Assembly (NCBI GenBank): GCA_043801735.1
Contig: JAZDLT010000020.1
Location: forward strand, 1 to 36,757
Direction: 5' to 3'
Length of the DNA stretch: 36,757 nt
Origin: Candidatus Liptonbacteria bacterium
GTDB lineage: Bacteria; Patescibacteriota; Minisyncoccia; UBA6257; 2-01-FULL-56-20
Positions 1 through 9,336 of this stretch are shown here, piece by piece. Numbering within the stretch: position 1 is the stretch's first letter; each line of letters starts with the position of its first letter. Position numbers and translations under genes: made by a program. Below the pieces are notes generated by a model. That model saw only the letters and a program-made list of their open reading frames with translations. It was not told the DNA's origin and ran no database searches.

Positions 1-763
1 CGGTACGGACCGCGCGTCGGTAGACCCTCAAAAAGATCAGGTAGGCTATAAAAATGTAGAATATCGCCAAGGCGATACCGATTGCAAAAGAACCAAGATG
101 AAACTCTCCGCCCGCGACAATGGAACGTAAACCATCAAAAACGTAAGATGGGGGTAAAAATTGTCCTACCTGTTGCATCCAATGGGGTAGGGTAGAGGCG
201 GGATATAGAACGCCCACAAAGGGAGACATGAGCGCCGGTATGGGCCAGATGAACCATTCTGCAATCGGTCCCCAGCGCAGCATTATGCTCGTGCCCAGGA
301 TTCCGAGTGCTATGCCGGACAAAAAAAGTATAAGCAAGAAGGCCAAGATCGAAAATCCATAAGAGAATGCAGAAAACCCGAACGCAGCGCTAGCTACAAG
401 CAAGAGCACGCCGAAGCTTGCAACGCTTTTTAAAATGCTGGTCGCTATAAGTCCGGACATATATTCCGAAATGGATATGGGGGAGGCGAAAATATTTAAC
501 AGGTTTCGGGTCCAGGTGTCTTCCATAAAGGACATGGTTATACCCTGCATGATACGACTCAAGAAATCCCAGATTAATACTGCACCCAGGAAAACCAGTG
601 CGAATTTGAAGCCGGGAGCAATGGACGTGAGATATCTGCTGGTGAATCCCCACAAGATAATATCCACCGTGCCCCATACCAACATTTGGAACAAACGAGT
701 CGGGTTGTCTCGTAAGAGGTAAAATTGACGGATAAAAATAGCGTAGACCCTAGTTAAATTCAT
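1..763 (-). CDS. ABC-2 type transporter permease, C-terminal end runs off the window
   Basis: Hand translation of the minus strand from ATG at 763 gives 254 codons with no stop (MNLTRVYAIFIRQFYLLRDNPTRLFQMLVWGTVDIILWGF...). It has multiple hydrophobic spans. It starts 4 nt after the stop of the upstream ABC ATPase. It is absent from the ORF track only because it is open at the edge. The listed ORFs 390..677(-) and 435..722(+) are in other frames. Confidence 0.8.
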   Translation of the reverse strand, partial: MNLTRVYAIFIRQFYLLRDNPTRLFQMLVWGTVDIILWGFTSRYLTSIAPGFKFALVFLGAVLIWDFLSRIMQGITMSFMEDTWTRNLLNIFASPISISEYMSGLIATSILKSVASFGVLLLVASAAFGFSAFSYGFSILAFLLILFLSGIALGILGTSIMLRWGPIAEWFIWPIPALMSPFVGVLYPASTLPHWMQQVGQFLPPSYVFDGLRSIVAGGEFHLGSFAIGIALAIFYIFIAYLIFLRVYRRAVRT

Positions 764-767
764 AAGT

Positions 768-1514
768 TTAAGATTCTAGCGACAACGGTTCTCTGGCGAC
801 GGCTATAAAAAGATCCTCCAGATCTTTCTTGTTGTGCTCTCTGGGGAGAGTCTTGGGGTCTCCCTCCAGTAAAATCTTCCCATGGGAAAGGAAGAGAACG
901 CGATCGCAAACCTCGGCTACTTCGTGCATGTTGTGAGACGTCCAGAGAACTCCGCCTCCTCCATTTCTGGCATAATCCTTAATTTTCTGCCGGATGATTT
1001 GCGCAGTAGAAGGGTCGAGAGAGGCGGTAGGTTCGTCGAGAAGAAGCAGATGGGGGTAGTTGATCATGGCTTTGGCCAGCGCGACCCGGGTCTGTTCTCC
1101 AGAAGAGAGCGTACCGACCTTAACATTACGGAAGCGCTCCAGATCAAATTCTCTAATAAGCTCATTAATTCGTTTATTCAAATCCTTCACTTCGTAGATA
1201 AGGCCAAAGATGTACAAATTTTGGGCCACCGTCAGATTCCCGGGGACCTGGGCGTAAACCGCCGCAAAGTTAGTCTTGGCAAGGGCCTTCTCTCGCTCCT
1301 TGCTTATGTCTTTATCCTCAATCCGTACCGTTCCTCCGCTCGGTTCCAGTACCCCCAGAATCATATTTATGATGGTTGTTTTTCCTGCCCCGTTCGGACC
1401 AAGTAAGCCCACTATCTCCCGTGGCTGCACCTCGAAAGAAACAGCATCCACAGCGGCGGTTTCTTTGTATGATTTTTTGAGCCCAACCACTTCCAATACA
1501 GAATCTGAATCCAT
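768..1514 (-). CDS. ABC transporter ATP-binding protein
   Basis: Walker A GPNGAGKTT, ABC signature LSSGEQTR, Walker B LLLLDEPT, H-loop TSHNM. Forms an operon with the downstream permease. Confidence 0.93.
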   Translation of the reverse strand: MDSDSVLEVVGLKKSYKETAAVDAVSFEVQPREIVGLLGPNGAGKTTIINMILGVLEPSGGTVRIEDKDISKEREKALAKTNFAAVYAQVPGNLTVAQNLYIFGLIYEVKDLNKRINELIREFDLERFRNVKVGTLSSGEQTRVALAKAMINYPHLLLLDEPTASLDPSTAQIIRQKIKDYARNGGGGVLWTSHNMHEVAEVCDRVLFLSHGKILLEGDPKTLPREHNKKDLEDLFIAVAREPLSLES

Positions 1515-1605
1515 CTTTCTTGAGATGCATGTAATCTTATCTCAATTCTAAAATAAAGACAGCTCCCTTGTGTGCGAATCTCATCCAATAGATTCCTCTA
1601 GTGGG

Positions 1606-1614
1606 TTATCCACA
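1606..1614 (+). promoter_or_regulatory. Perfect DnaA-box 9-mer TTATCCACA upstream of the rpoBC promoter
   Basis: Exact match to the consensus TTATCCACA, 18 nt upstream of the predicted -35. Confidence 0.45.
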
Positions 1615-1631
1615 CCCACAGGGAAGAGGAC

Positions 1632-1660
1632 TTGACGGACATAACGCGATGAGCTTTAAT
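1632..1660 (+). promoter_or_regulatory. Sigma70-like promoter for rpoBC
   Basis: TTGACG (1632-1637), 17-nt spacer, TTTAAT (1655-1660). Implies a leader of about 200 nt before the ATG at 1869. Confidence 0.45.
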
Positions 1661-1868
1661 GGTCGGGCAATATAAATGAGGAACTAGCCAAGAAAACACA
1701 CCTTGGACGCTGTTGTGTTTTAGTTTTTTATGATTTCTACCCTACACCTACGGTCATCTAGTCCGCCGGCCAGGGAACCGTTGTGTCGACACGGCTCTCC
1801 GCCTTTATGTCGTTAAGTAGCTCTCTCTCCGCCGTATTTCAAAAACAATTGTTACAAAAACCTCATAA

Positions 1869-4800
1869 ATGAAATCTCATCCGTTGCCCATAAAAAACTT
1901 TGGTAAGCATCTCCCCCTTATAGCCCAGCCCAATTTAAACGAGATCCAAATCCGCTCTTACAATGTTTTTCTTAAAGAGGGTTTGCAGGAAATACTAAAA
2001 GAGGTCTCGCCCATTTGGGACCACACCGGCAAGGAGTTAGCGCTTTATTTTGACGGATACTATTTCGGAGAGGCCAAGTACGACGAGAAAACCACCCGTT
2101 ACAAGGATGCGACCTACGAAGCTCCGCTTTACTTGAAGATAAGATTGGAAAATAAGCGCACGGGCAAAAGTCATTCCCAGGAGGTCTATTTCGGGGATTT
2201 CCCGAAGATGACCGACCGCGGAACTTTCATAATCAACGGCGTGGAGCGCGTGGTGGTTTCCCAGCTCATCCGTTCCGCTGGCGTTTACTTCACCGCGGTA
2301 CCCTGGAGGGAAAAAATGCTTTTCGGGGCGAAGGTTATCCCGAATCGCGGCGCCTGGCTGGAGTTCGAGACCGACATTGATGGAACCATTGGAGTGAAAA
2401 TAGACCGACACCGCAAGGTGCCCGTCACCGACCTCCTGCGTGTTTTCGGGGCGAGCGACGAACAAATTCGGGATATGTTCCAGGGAGTGGACGCCGGCGG
2501 TATTTCCTATATCGAAACTACCCTCAATAAAGATATCGCCCGAAACGTGGAGGAGTCCTATCTTGAAATATACCGCCGCCTCCGCCCTGGCGACCCGGCT
2601 ACCGCTCAAACCGCCAAGAATATGGTGGACTCCGTTTTCCACCGCGCCGACCGCTACGACATATCTCCGGTGGGGCGTTTCAAACTAAATCAGCGTTTAG
2701 ATCTAAATCCCAAAAAGGAGAGCGCCCTACTTGACCTAGAGGACTTGAAGGCGATTATTAAAGAAATAATCCGTCTCGACAACACTCCGGACGCGGAAGC
2801 GGACGATATTGACCACCTGGGCAACCGTCGTCTCAAGGCGGTGGGGGAGCTGATGCAAGGCCGTTTGCGCATCGGTTTCGCGCGCTTGCGGCGCATTATT
2901 CAGGATCGTATGTCCACTTTGGACAAGGACAGCATGTTGCCCGCGCAACTGATCAATTTTCGCCCAATTACCGCGGTGATCAAAGAATTTTTCTCCTCTT
3001 CTCAGCTTTCCCAGTTTATGGATCAAATAAATCCCCTGGCGGAGCTGGAGCATAAACGCCGTTTGTCCGCTCTTGGCCCGGGCGGCCTCACTCGCGAGCG
3101 AGCCAGCTTCGAAGTGCGGGACGTGCACCGCTCCCATTATGGCCGCATCTGTCCCATTGAAACGCCAGAGGGTTCCAACATCGGCCTTATCAACTATCTG
3201 GCCAGCTTTGCCCGCATGAACGACTTCGGGTTTTTGGAAACCCCCTATATGAGGGTAAAAAACGGTCGGGTGACGGATGAAGTGGTTTGGTTGGACGCCC
3301 TTTCGGAGGAGAAATACAAAATCGTGCATGCGACCGTTAGCCGAGACGAGAAGTGTAAAATCTTGGACAAGATGGTAGACGTAAGATACGGAATCAATCC
3401 CACCACTTGCCCGCCAGACGAAGTGGACTTTATGGATGTTGCCCCCAATCAATTCATATCCGTAGCGACCTCCCTTGTTCCATTTTTACAACACGACGAT
3501 GCCAACCGTGCCCTAATGGGTTCTAATATGCAGCGTCAGGCGGTGGCCCTAGTGAAACCAGTTGCGCCCTATGTCGGTACCGGTCAGGAAGAAAGAGCCG
3601 CGGAGGACTCCGGCTACTTGGTCCGGGCGGAGGCAAACGGAGAAGTGATAGAGGCAGACGCTTCTCATATTAAGGTTAGGTATGCCAACGAAACCAAAGT
3701 TTACCACCTCGAAAAATTCAAACGCTCCAATCAATTTACCTGTATCTCTCAACGGCCGGCGGTAGTGGCAGGGGATAAGGTTAAAAAAGGAAACCTCCTG
3801 GCGGACGGACCCTCGACCCAGAATGGAGTGCTCGCACTTGGCCAGAACTTGCTCGTGGCTTTTATCTCTTGGGAGGGAGCCAACTTTGAAGATGCGATTG
3901 TTCTTTCGGAACGGGTAGTAAGAGATGACTTTTTCACTTCCATTCATGTAGAGGAATTTTATTGCGACGTGCGGGACACCAAGCTTGGACCGGAGATAAC
4001 CACACCCGACATTCCGAACGTATCCGAGGAAAAGCTGCGCAACTTGAACGAAGAGGGCATTATTCGCATCGGCGCGGAAGTAAAGGCGGGCGATATTTTG
4101 GTCGGCAAGATCTCGCCTAAGGGCGAAGTGGAGCTGACCCCGGAAGAGCGCTTATTGCGAGCGATCTTTGGTGAAAAAGCGCGGGATGTTAAGGATACTT
4201 CGCTTACTTTGCCGCACGGTAAACATGGACGTATCGTGGGCGTGAAAGTTTTCAGCCGTGAACAGGGCGACAAGCTGGAAGCGGGCGTAATAAAGCGCAT
4301 TCAGGTGGAAGTCGCGGACGTGCGCAAAATCCAGGCGGGCGACAAATTGGCCGGCCGGCACGGCAATAAGGGCGTTATTTCTCAGGTTCGTCCTGTGGAA
4401 GACATGCCCTATCTGGAAGATGGCACGCCGGTGGATGTGGTGCTGAACCCGCTGGGCGTGGCTTCCCGTATGAACCTGGGTCAGATTTTGGAGACCCACC
4501 TGGGCTGGGCGGCCAAGACCCTGGGTTACCGCGCGGTTACTCCCGGATTGGATTCCGCCAAAGAAGCAGACATCCGCGCGGAATTGAAGCAGGCCGGGTT
4601 GCCGGAAGACGGCAAGATTAAACTCTACGACGGCCGCACTGGAGTGCCTTTCGATAAACCGGTCACGGTCGGGTATAAATACATACTCAAATTAAACCAC
4701 CTGGTGGAGGACAAGGTGCATATGCGCTCCATCGGTCCTTACTCGCTCATTACCCAGCAACCCCTGGGCGGCAAGGCGCAGTTCGGCGGCCAACGCTTCG

Positions 4801-7800
4801 GGGAAATGGAGGTCTGGGCGCTGGAGGGTTACGGCGCGCGCGCGACCTTGCAGGAAATGCTGACCATCAAGTCCGATGATGTGTTGGGTCGTTCTTCCGC
4901 CTACGAATCGATTATTCGGGGCGAGCCGATTAAGGGCCCCAATATCCCCGCCTCTTTCAATGTTCTGGTGAACGAGCTCAAGGCATTGAGTCTTAATATT
5001 GAGCCCGTATATGATTCGCCCGCCGATCGCAAAGACGACTTTAAGGCGCTACGCATCAGCGTGGCTTCCCCAGACGATATCTTGAAATGGTCTCACGGGG
5101 AGATTCTGAAGCCGGAGACCATCAACTATCGTACCCAACGACCGGAAAAAGACGGGCTATTTTCGGAGCGTATCTTTGGGCCGACCAAGGACTATGAATG
5201 CACCTGCGGCAAATATCGCCGCATCCGTTATAAGGGCGTGATTTGCGACAAATGTGGCGTGGAAGTCACGCGCGCGGTGGTGCGGCGGGAGCGCCTGGGT
5301 CATATTGCCCTAGCCGCGCCGGTCAGCCATATATGGTTTTTCAAAAGTGTTCCGTCCCGTTTGAGCTTGCTTTTAGATGTTTCTTCTGTTCGATTGGAGC
5401 GTGTTATTTATTACGTGGACTACATTGTAACCGTAGTGGACGAAGAGCACCGCAAGGAGGTTCTGGAGGATCTGGATCGGGAATTAAGGGGTAAGCTGAA
5501 AACGGTGGACGAAAAAGACCGTAAGGTGAAAACCGAACTAAACTCGGAAGCCAACCAGTCGCGGGCGACTTTGGAGGCCATGCGTCCCGGTCAGGTTCTG
5601 TCGGAAAACGAATATCTTTCCTTGAGTCGGCGTTTTGGCAGCGTGTTTAAGGCGGGTACCGGCGCGGAGGCGGTGCGGGAGATTTTGGAAAAGATGGATT
5701 TGCGCAAAGAGGTCCACAAGATCGAGAAAGAACTAGAACATTCCAAGGATAAAGAAACGGTCGGGGAAACCAAAATTTTGCGGCGCCTGAAAATGCTGCG
5801 TTCCATGATTAAAAACGGCACGCGCCCGGAGTGGTTGATAATGACCGTTCTACCGGTCTTGCCCCCGGATCTGCGCCCGATGGTAGCCCTCGACGGCGGA
5901 CGCTATGCCACCTCCGATTTGAATGACCTCTATCGCCGGGTTATCAACCGTAACAACCGCCTCAAGAAACTTCTGGAAATAAAAGCGCCGGAAGTCATCG
6001 TTAAAAACGAGAAGCGCATGCTGCAGGAGGCGGTAGACGCCCTGATTGATAATTCCGCCCGCTTCGGCACCCAACAACTTTCCGCCCGGCGCCGCCCACT
6101 CCGTTCTTTGGCGGATATGTTGAAGGGTAAGCAAGGCAGGTTTCGTCAAAACTTACTCGGTAAGCGCGTGGACTATTCCGGCCGCTCCGTCATCGTGGTC
6201 GGGCCCAAGCTTAGTATTGATGAGTGCGGTTTACCCAAGAAAATGGCGCTGGAACTCTTCCGCCCGTTCGTTATTAGTGAAATAATCAAACGCGAATTAG
6301 CGCACAACATCCGCAATGCGAATCGTCTCATAGAACAAGCCACGGATGAAATATGGGCAATCCTGGAAGAGATCACCAAAAATTATCGCGTCCTTTTGAA
6401 TCGTGCTCCGACCCTGCATCGCTTGTCCATCCAGGCCTTCAAGCCGATTTTGGTGGAAGGTCTGGCCATTCAGGTTCCGCCCTTGGTCTGCGCCGCTTTC
6501 AATGCGGACTTTGATGGCGACCAGATGGCAGTGCACATACCGCTTTCGGAGGAGGCCCAACGGGAAGCCAGGGAAATTATGGATGCCGGCCGCAACCTAC
6601 TGAAGCCCGCCACGGGCGAACTAATCACCGCGCCCACCCAGGATTTCGTTTTGGGCACATATTATCTTACTCAAATGTATCCGGAGACCAAGGGCGCGGG
6701 CCGAGCCTTTACCTGCATCAAAGAGGCCCTAATGGCTTACCACTACGAGGCGCTCTCGCTCCATGCCCCAATTCGGGTGGGTGAACATAAAGAGACCACC
6801 CTCGGCCGTCTTATCTTTAACGAAGTTCTAGGGGATACGTTGGAATACGTGAACGAGACCTTGAATAAAAAGAAGTTGGCGCGCTTAATAGAAAGGATAA
6901 TTGTTTCGGCGGGATTGGAAAAAGCCCGGGACATACTCCAGCGGGCAAAGCTTCTGGGTTTTGACATGGCCACCCGGAGCGGCATCACTTGGGCAATGGC
7001 CGATCTTATTATTCCAGCCGCCAAGGCGGGAATTGTGCGCAAGGCGGAAGAAGAAGTGAGCGTTATCCGGGAGCAGTACGATCAGGGTTTCTTGACGGAA
7101 GCCGAACGGCGGGCACGGGTAATTAGCATTTGGGAAAAAGTAAAAAGCGACATCGCCAAACAGGTAACCGGATCCTTGCCCGCGGACAACTCTATTTACC
7201 AAATTATTGATTCCGGTTCGCGCGGTTCTTGGTCTCAGCCGATTCAAATGATGGGCATGAAGGGTTTAGTGGCAAATCCCCGGGGAGAAGTAATCGAATT
7301 ACCTATCAAGTCGTCCTTCAAGGAAGGACTATCTGTGTTGGAATACTTCATCTCTACTCACGGCGCGCGCAAAGGCACGACCGACACCGCTCTTAAAACC
7401 GCCCAGGCCGGATATCTAACCCGCCGTCTGGTAGACGTTTCTCAAGACCTGACTATCAAGGAAGAGGATTGCAGGAGTAAGGACGGTATGGAAATCCTAC
7501 GCAATGACAGTAAAAATCTGGGACAATCTTTTAGTTCTAGAGTGTTTTCACGTACCGCTCTGGAAGATATCCGGGTAGAACGTAAAATTGTCGTCCGCGC
7601 GGGAGAGGCAATAGACCGAGCTACGGCGGATACCATAGACAAATCCGGCCTGGAGAGCGTTAAAGTCCGCTCGCCTTTGAACTGCAAAACCCTTTATGGT
7701 CTTTGCCAAAAGTGCTACGGTTTCGATCTGGGCGACAACAAACCCGTTAAAATCGGTTCCGCGGTCGGGGTGGTGGCTGCCCAATCCATTGGTGAACCGG

Positions 7801-8675
7801 GCACCCAGCTTACCATGCGCACTTTCCATGTGGGAGGCGTGGCTGGAGCGGACATCACTCACGGTTTACCGCGCGTGGAAGAGTTGTTTGAGGTTCGTCC
7901 GCCCAAGGGACGCGCGATCTTGGCGGGCGCGGACGGCCGTATAGAAAAAATAGAAGAAAGGGGCAACTTTAAAATAATCACCCTGACCGTTTCCGGGGAA
8001 AAGGTCCGTGCCAAGGGTAGGCGCACCAAGGACAAAAAAGCCCTGGAATACTCTATTCCCCGCTCCGCGATGATCTACGTGAAAACAGGCGACACGGTCA
8101 AGTTGGGTCAGCAGATAACGGAGGGCAACCTGGATTTGCGCGAACTTTTGGAGTATCGCGGCAGCGCGGAGGTTATCAGCTATATTATCGGTGAGGTCCA
8201 GAAAATATATAGCGCGGAGGGTGCCTCCATCAATAATAAGCATATCGAAATAATTGCCCGCCAAATGTTCTCTCGGGTAAGGGTGAAAGAAACGGGTGAC
8301 GCAGTCGATTTAGTGATGGGCGAAGTTCTGGAACGCTCCCGGTTTCTAGAAATAAATCGTGAGCTGAAGCATCAGGGTAAGCGCCTGGCTAAGGCCCAGC
8401 AACTACTTTTGGGGATCACTCGGGTGGCGCTTTCCACGGAATCCTTTCTTTCCGCCGCCTCCTTCCAAGATACCGCCCGGGTATTGGTTAAGGCCGCCAT
8501 CGAGAGCAGAACGGATTCCTTGCGCGGTCTCAAAGAGAACGTGATTATTGGACGCCTCATCCCGGCCGGGGACACCAGTCGTTCCGGTTTGAGCCCGGAA
8601 ACAAAGGGCGAAGCGCTTATTTCCGAAGCGGTTTCTCCCTCGGAAGAGGGAGAGGAAGAGGCGGTTTCGGAATAA
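1869..8675 (+). CDS. rpoBC: DNA-directed RNA polymerase beta-beta' fusion protein (rpoB and rpoC in one 2268-aa ORF)
   Basis: The N-terminal part (about 1040 aa) carries beta hallmarks (GDFPKMTDRGTFIINGVERVVVSQL, NLGQILETHLGWAA, GEMEVWALEGYGA). The remainder carries beta' hallmarks: Zn finger CTCGKYRRIRYKGVICDKCGVEV, catalytic NADFDGDQMAVH, and GGQRFGEME upstream. The junction ...NIEPVYDSPADRKDDFKALRISVASP... at about nt 5007-5042 has no stop and no in-frame ATG. Confidence 0.95.
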   Translation: MKSHPLPIKNFGKHLPLIAQPNLNEIQIRSYNVFLKEGLQEILKEVSPIWDHTGKELALYFDGYYFGEAKYDEKTTRYKDATYEAPLYLKIRLENKRTGKSHSQEVYFGDFPKMTDRGTFIINGVERVVVSQLIRSAGVYFTAVPWREKMLFGAKVIPNRGAWLEFETDIDGTIGVKIDRHRKVPVTDLLRVFGASDEQIRDMFQGVDAGGISYIETTLNKDIARNVEESYLEIYRRLRPGDPATAQTAKNMVDSVFHRADRYDISPVGRFKLNQRLDLNPKKESALLDLEDLKAIIKEIIRLDNTPDAEADDIDHLGNRRLKAVGELMQGRLRIGFARLRRIIQDRMSTLDKDSMLPAQLINFRPITAVIKEFFSSSQLSQFMDQINPLAELEHKRRLSALGPGGLTRERASFEVRDVHRSHYGRICPIETPEGSNIGLINYLASFARMNDFGFLETPYMRVKNGRVTDEVVWLDALSEEKYKIVHATVSRDEKCKILDKMVDVRYGINPTTCPPDEVDFMDVAPNQFISVATSLVPFLQHDDANRALMGSNMQRQAVALVKPVAPYVGTGQEERAAEDSGYLVRAEANGEVIEADASHIKVRYANETKVYHLEKFKRSNQFTCISQRPAVVAGDKVKKGNLLADGPSTQNGVLALGQNLLVAFISWEGANFEDAIVLSERVVRDDFFTSIHVEEFYCDVRDTKLGPEITTPDIPNVSEEKLRNLNEEGIIRIGAEVKAGDILVGKISPKGEVELTPEERLLRAIFGEKARDVKDTSLTLPHGKHGRIVGVKVFSREQGDKLEAGVIKRIQVEVADVRKIQAGDKLAGRHGNKGVISQVRPVEDMPYLEDGTPVDVVLNPLGVASRMNLGQILETHLGWAAKTLGYRAVTPGLDSAKEADIRAELKQAGLPEDGKIKLYDGRTGVPFDKPVTVGYKYILKLNHLVEDKVHMRSIGPYSLITQQPLGGKAQFGGQRFGEMEVWALEGYGARATLQEMLTIKSDDVLGRSSAYESIIRGEPIKGPNIPASFNVLVNELKALSLNIEPVYDSPADRKDDFKALRISVASPDDILKWSHGEILKPETINYRTQRPEKDGLFSERIFGPTKDYECTCGKYRRIRYKGVICDKCGVEVTRAVVRRERLGHIALAAPVSHIWFFKSVPSRLSLLLDVSSVRLERVIYYVDYIVTVVDEEHRKEVLEDLDRELRGKLKTVDEKDRKVKTELNSEANQSRATLEAMRPGQVLSENEYLSLSRRFGSVFKAGTGAEAVREILEKMDLRKEVHKIEKELEHSKDKETVGETKILRRLKMLRSMIKNGTRPEWLIMTVLPVLPPDLRPMVALDGGRYATSDLNDLYRRVINRNNRLKKLLEIKAPEVIVKNEKRMLQEAVDALIDNSARFGTQQLSARRRPLRSLADMLKGKQGRFRQNLLGKRVDYSGRSVIVVGPKLSIDECGLPKKMALELFRPFVISEIIKRELAHNIRNANRLIEQATDEIWAILEEITKNYRVLLNRAPTLHRLSIQAFKPILVEGLAIQVPPLVCAAFNADFDGDQMAVHIPLSEEAQREAREIMDAGRNLLKPATGELITAPTQDFVLGTYYLTQMYPETKGAGRAFTCIKEALMAYHYEALSLHAPIRVGEHKETTLGRLIFNEVLGDTLEYVNETLNKKKLARLIERIIVSAGLEKARDILQRAKLLGFDMATRSGITWAMADLIIPAAKAGIVRKAEEEVSVIREQYDQGFLTEAERRARVISIWEKVKSDIAKQVTGSLPADNSIYQIIDSGSRGSWSQPIQMMGMKGLVANPRGEVIELPIKSSFKEGLSVLEYFISTHGARKGTTDTALKTAQAGYLTRRLVDVSQDLTIKEEDCRSKDGMEILRNDSKNLGQSFSSRVFSRTALEDIRVERKIVVRAGEAIDRATADTIDKSGLESVKVRSPLNCKTLYGLCQKCYGFDLGDNKPVKIGSAVGVVAAQSIGEPGTQLTMRTFHVGGVAGADITHGLPRVEELFEVRPPKGRAILAGADGRIEKIEERGNFKIITLTVSGEKVRAKGRRTKDKKALEYSIPRSAMIYVKTGDTVKLGQQITEGNLDLRELLEYRGSAEVISYIIGEVQKIYSAEGASINNKHIEIIARQMFSRVRVKETGDAVDLVMGEVLERSRFLEINRELKHQGKRLAKAQQLLLGITRVALSTESFLSAASFQDTARVLVKAAIESRTDSLRGLKENVIIGRLIPAGDTSRSGLSPETKGEALISEAVSPSEEGEEEAVSE

Positions 8676-8780
8676 TTGACGTAACCTTTTAAATCGGTTA
8701 AAGTTTGTAGCGCTTAAGTGCCGCGCGAAGCGCGGTCGGGTGCGTTTTCTGAAACAAAGAACAACTTCTTTATCAGGCAA

Positions 8781-9224
8781 ATGGAACAAGATAACGAAAA
8801 ACAGGGCAGGGATTACGAGGCCTCTTTTTTAAGCCAAGAAGAAAACGGCAAGGAGGTTCTGCTTCAATGGATCGGCCGTTTTGGGGGAGAGGTGCTACTG
8901 GAGGGACCATCGGAAAAGATTGCTCTGGCTTATCCTGTCGCCAAGCAAACCTCCGCCTATTTTGGCTTTGCGCACTTCCGTATGAATCCGGACCAGGCCG
9001 CGGCATTGGCACGCGAACTCAAAACCGCCGGAACGTTTCTGCGCTTTCTTCTGGTTACTCCACCTTGCGTTAAGGCCAAACCCAGGACCATGAATCCACG
9101 CGGCAGCCGCCCGGCGGAGGCGGTGGAGGCCTCCTTGCCGTCCGTAGAGCACAAACCGATCAGCGAGACCTTGAGCAACGAAGATCTGGAAAAGAAAATC
9201 GAAGAAATACTCCGTCAGCAATAG
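8781..9224 (+). CDS. rpsF: 30S ribosomal protein S6 with C-terminal extension
   Basis: S6-like core (KIALAYPVAKQTSAYFGFAHF...FLRFLLV). It sits in the conserved rpsF-ssb-rpsR order. The ORF-track start at 8718 is probably too far upstream; ATG at 8781 (MEQDNEK) is preferred. Confidence 0.8.
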   Translation: MEQDNEKQGRDYEASFLSQEENGKEVLLQWIGRFGGEVLLEGPSEKIALAYPVAKQTSAYFGFAHFRMNPDQAAALARELKTAGTFLRFLLVTPPCVKAKPRTMNPRGSRPAEAVEASLPSVEHKPISETLSNEDLEKKIEEILRQQ

Positions 9225-9273
9225 TAATCACAAACCCGCCCGCCGGTAGGTGAGCAACTCGAATCAAGGAATA

Positions 9274-9322
9274 AATAACGCGAATATATAAACTTGCAAA
9301 AAACACCGACAATTCGCATTAT
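9274..9322. repeat. ORF-less inverted-repeat pair related to the termini of the GxxExxY element
   Basis: AATAACGCGAAT (9274-9285) and ATTCGCATTATT (9311-9322) are 11/12 inverted. The second 12-mer is identical to 28899-28910 and 28980-28991. Confidence 0.5.
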
Positions 9323-9336
9323 TAAATAAAAATTAG

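Noticed and set aside
390-722. ORFs 390..677(-) and 435..722(+)
   Set aside because: Both are out of frame with the uninterrupted 254-codon ABC-2 permease reading frame, which starts at 763 on the minus strand.
2037-8789. Numerous 60-240-aa ORFs antisense to or overlapping rpoBC; the same applies within topA, dprA, pilB, the RelA/SpoT gene and the surface-protein gene
   Set aside because: They are embedded in strongly supported long genes, lack recognisable motifs and have biased low-complexity composition. They are typical shadow ORFs of GC-moderate coding DNA.
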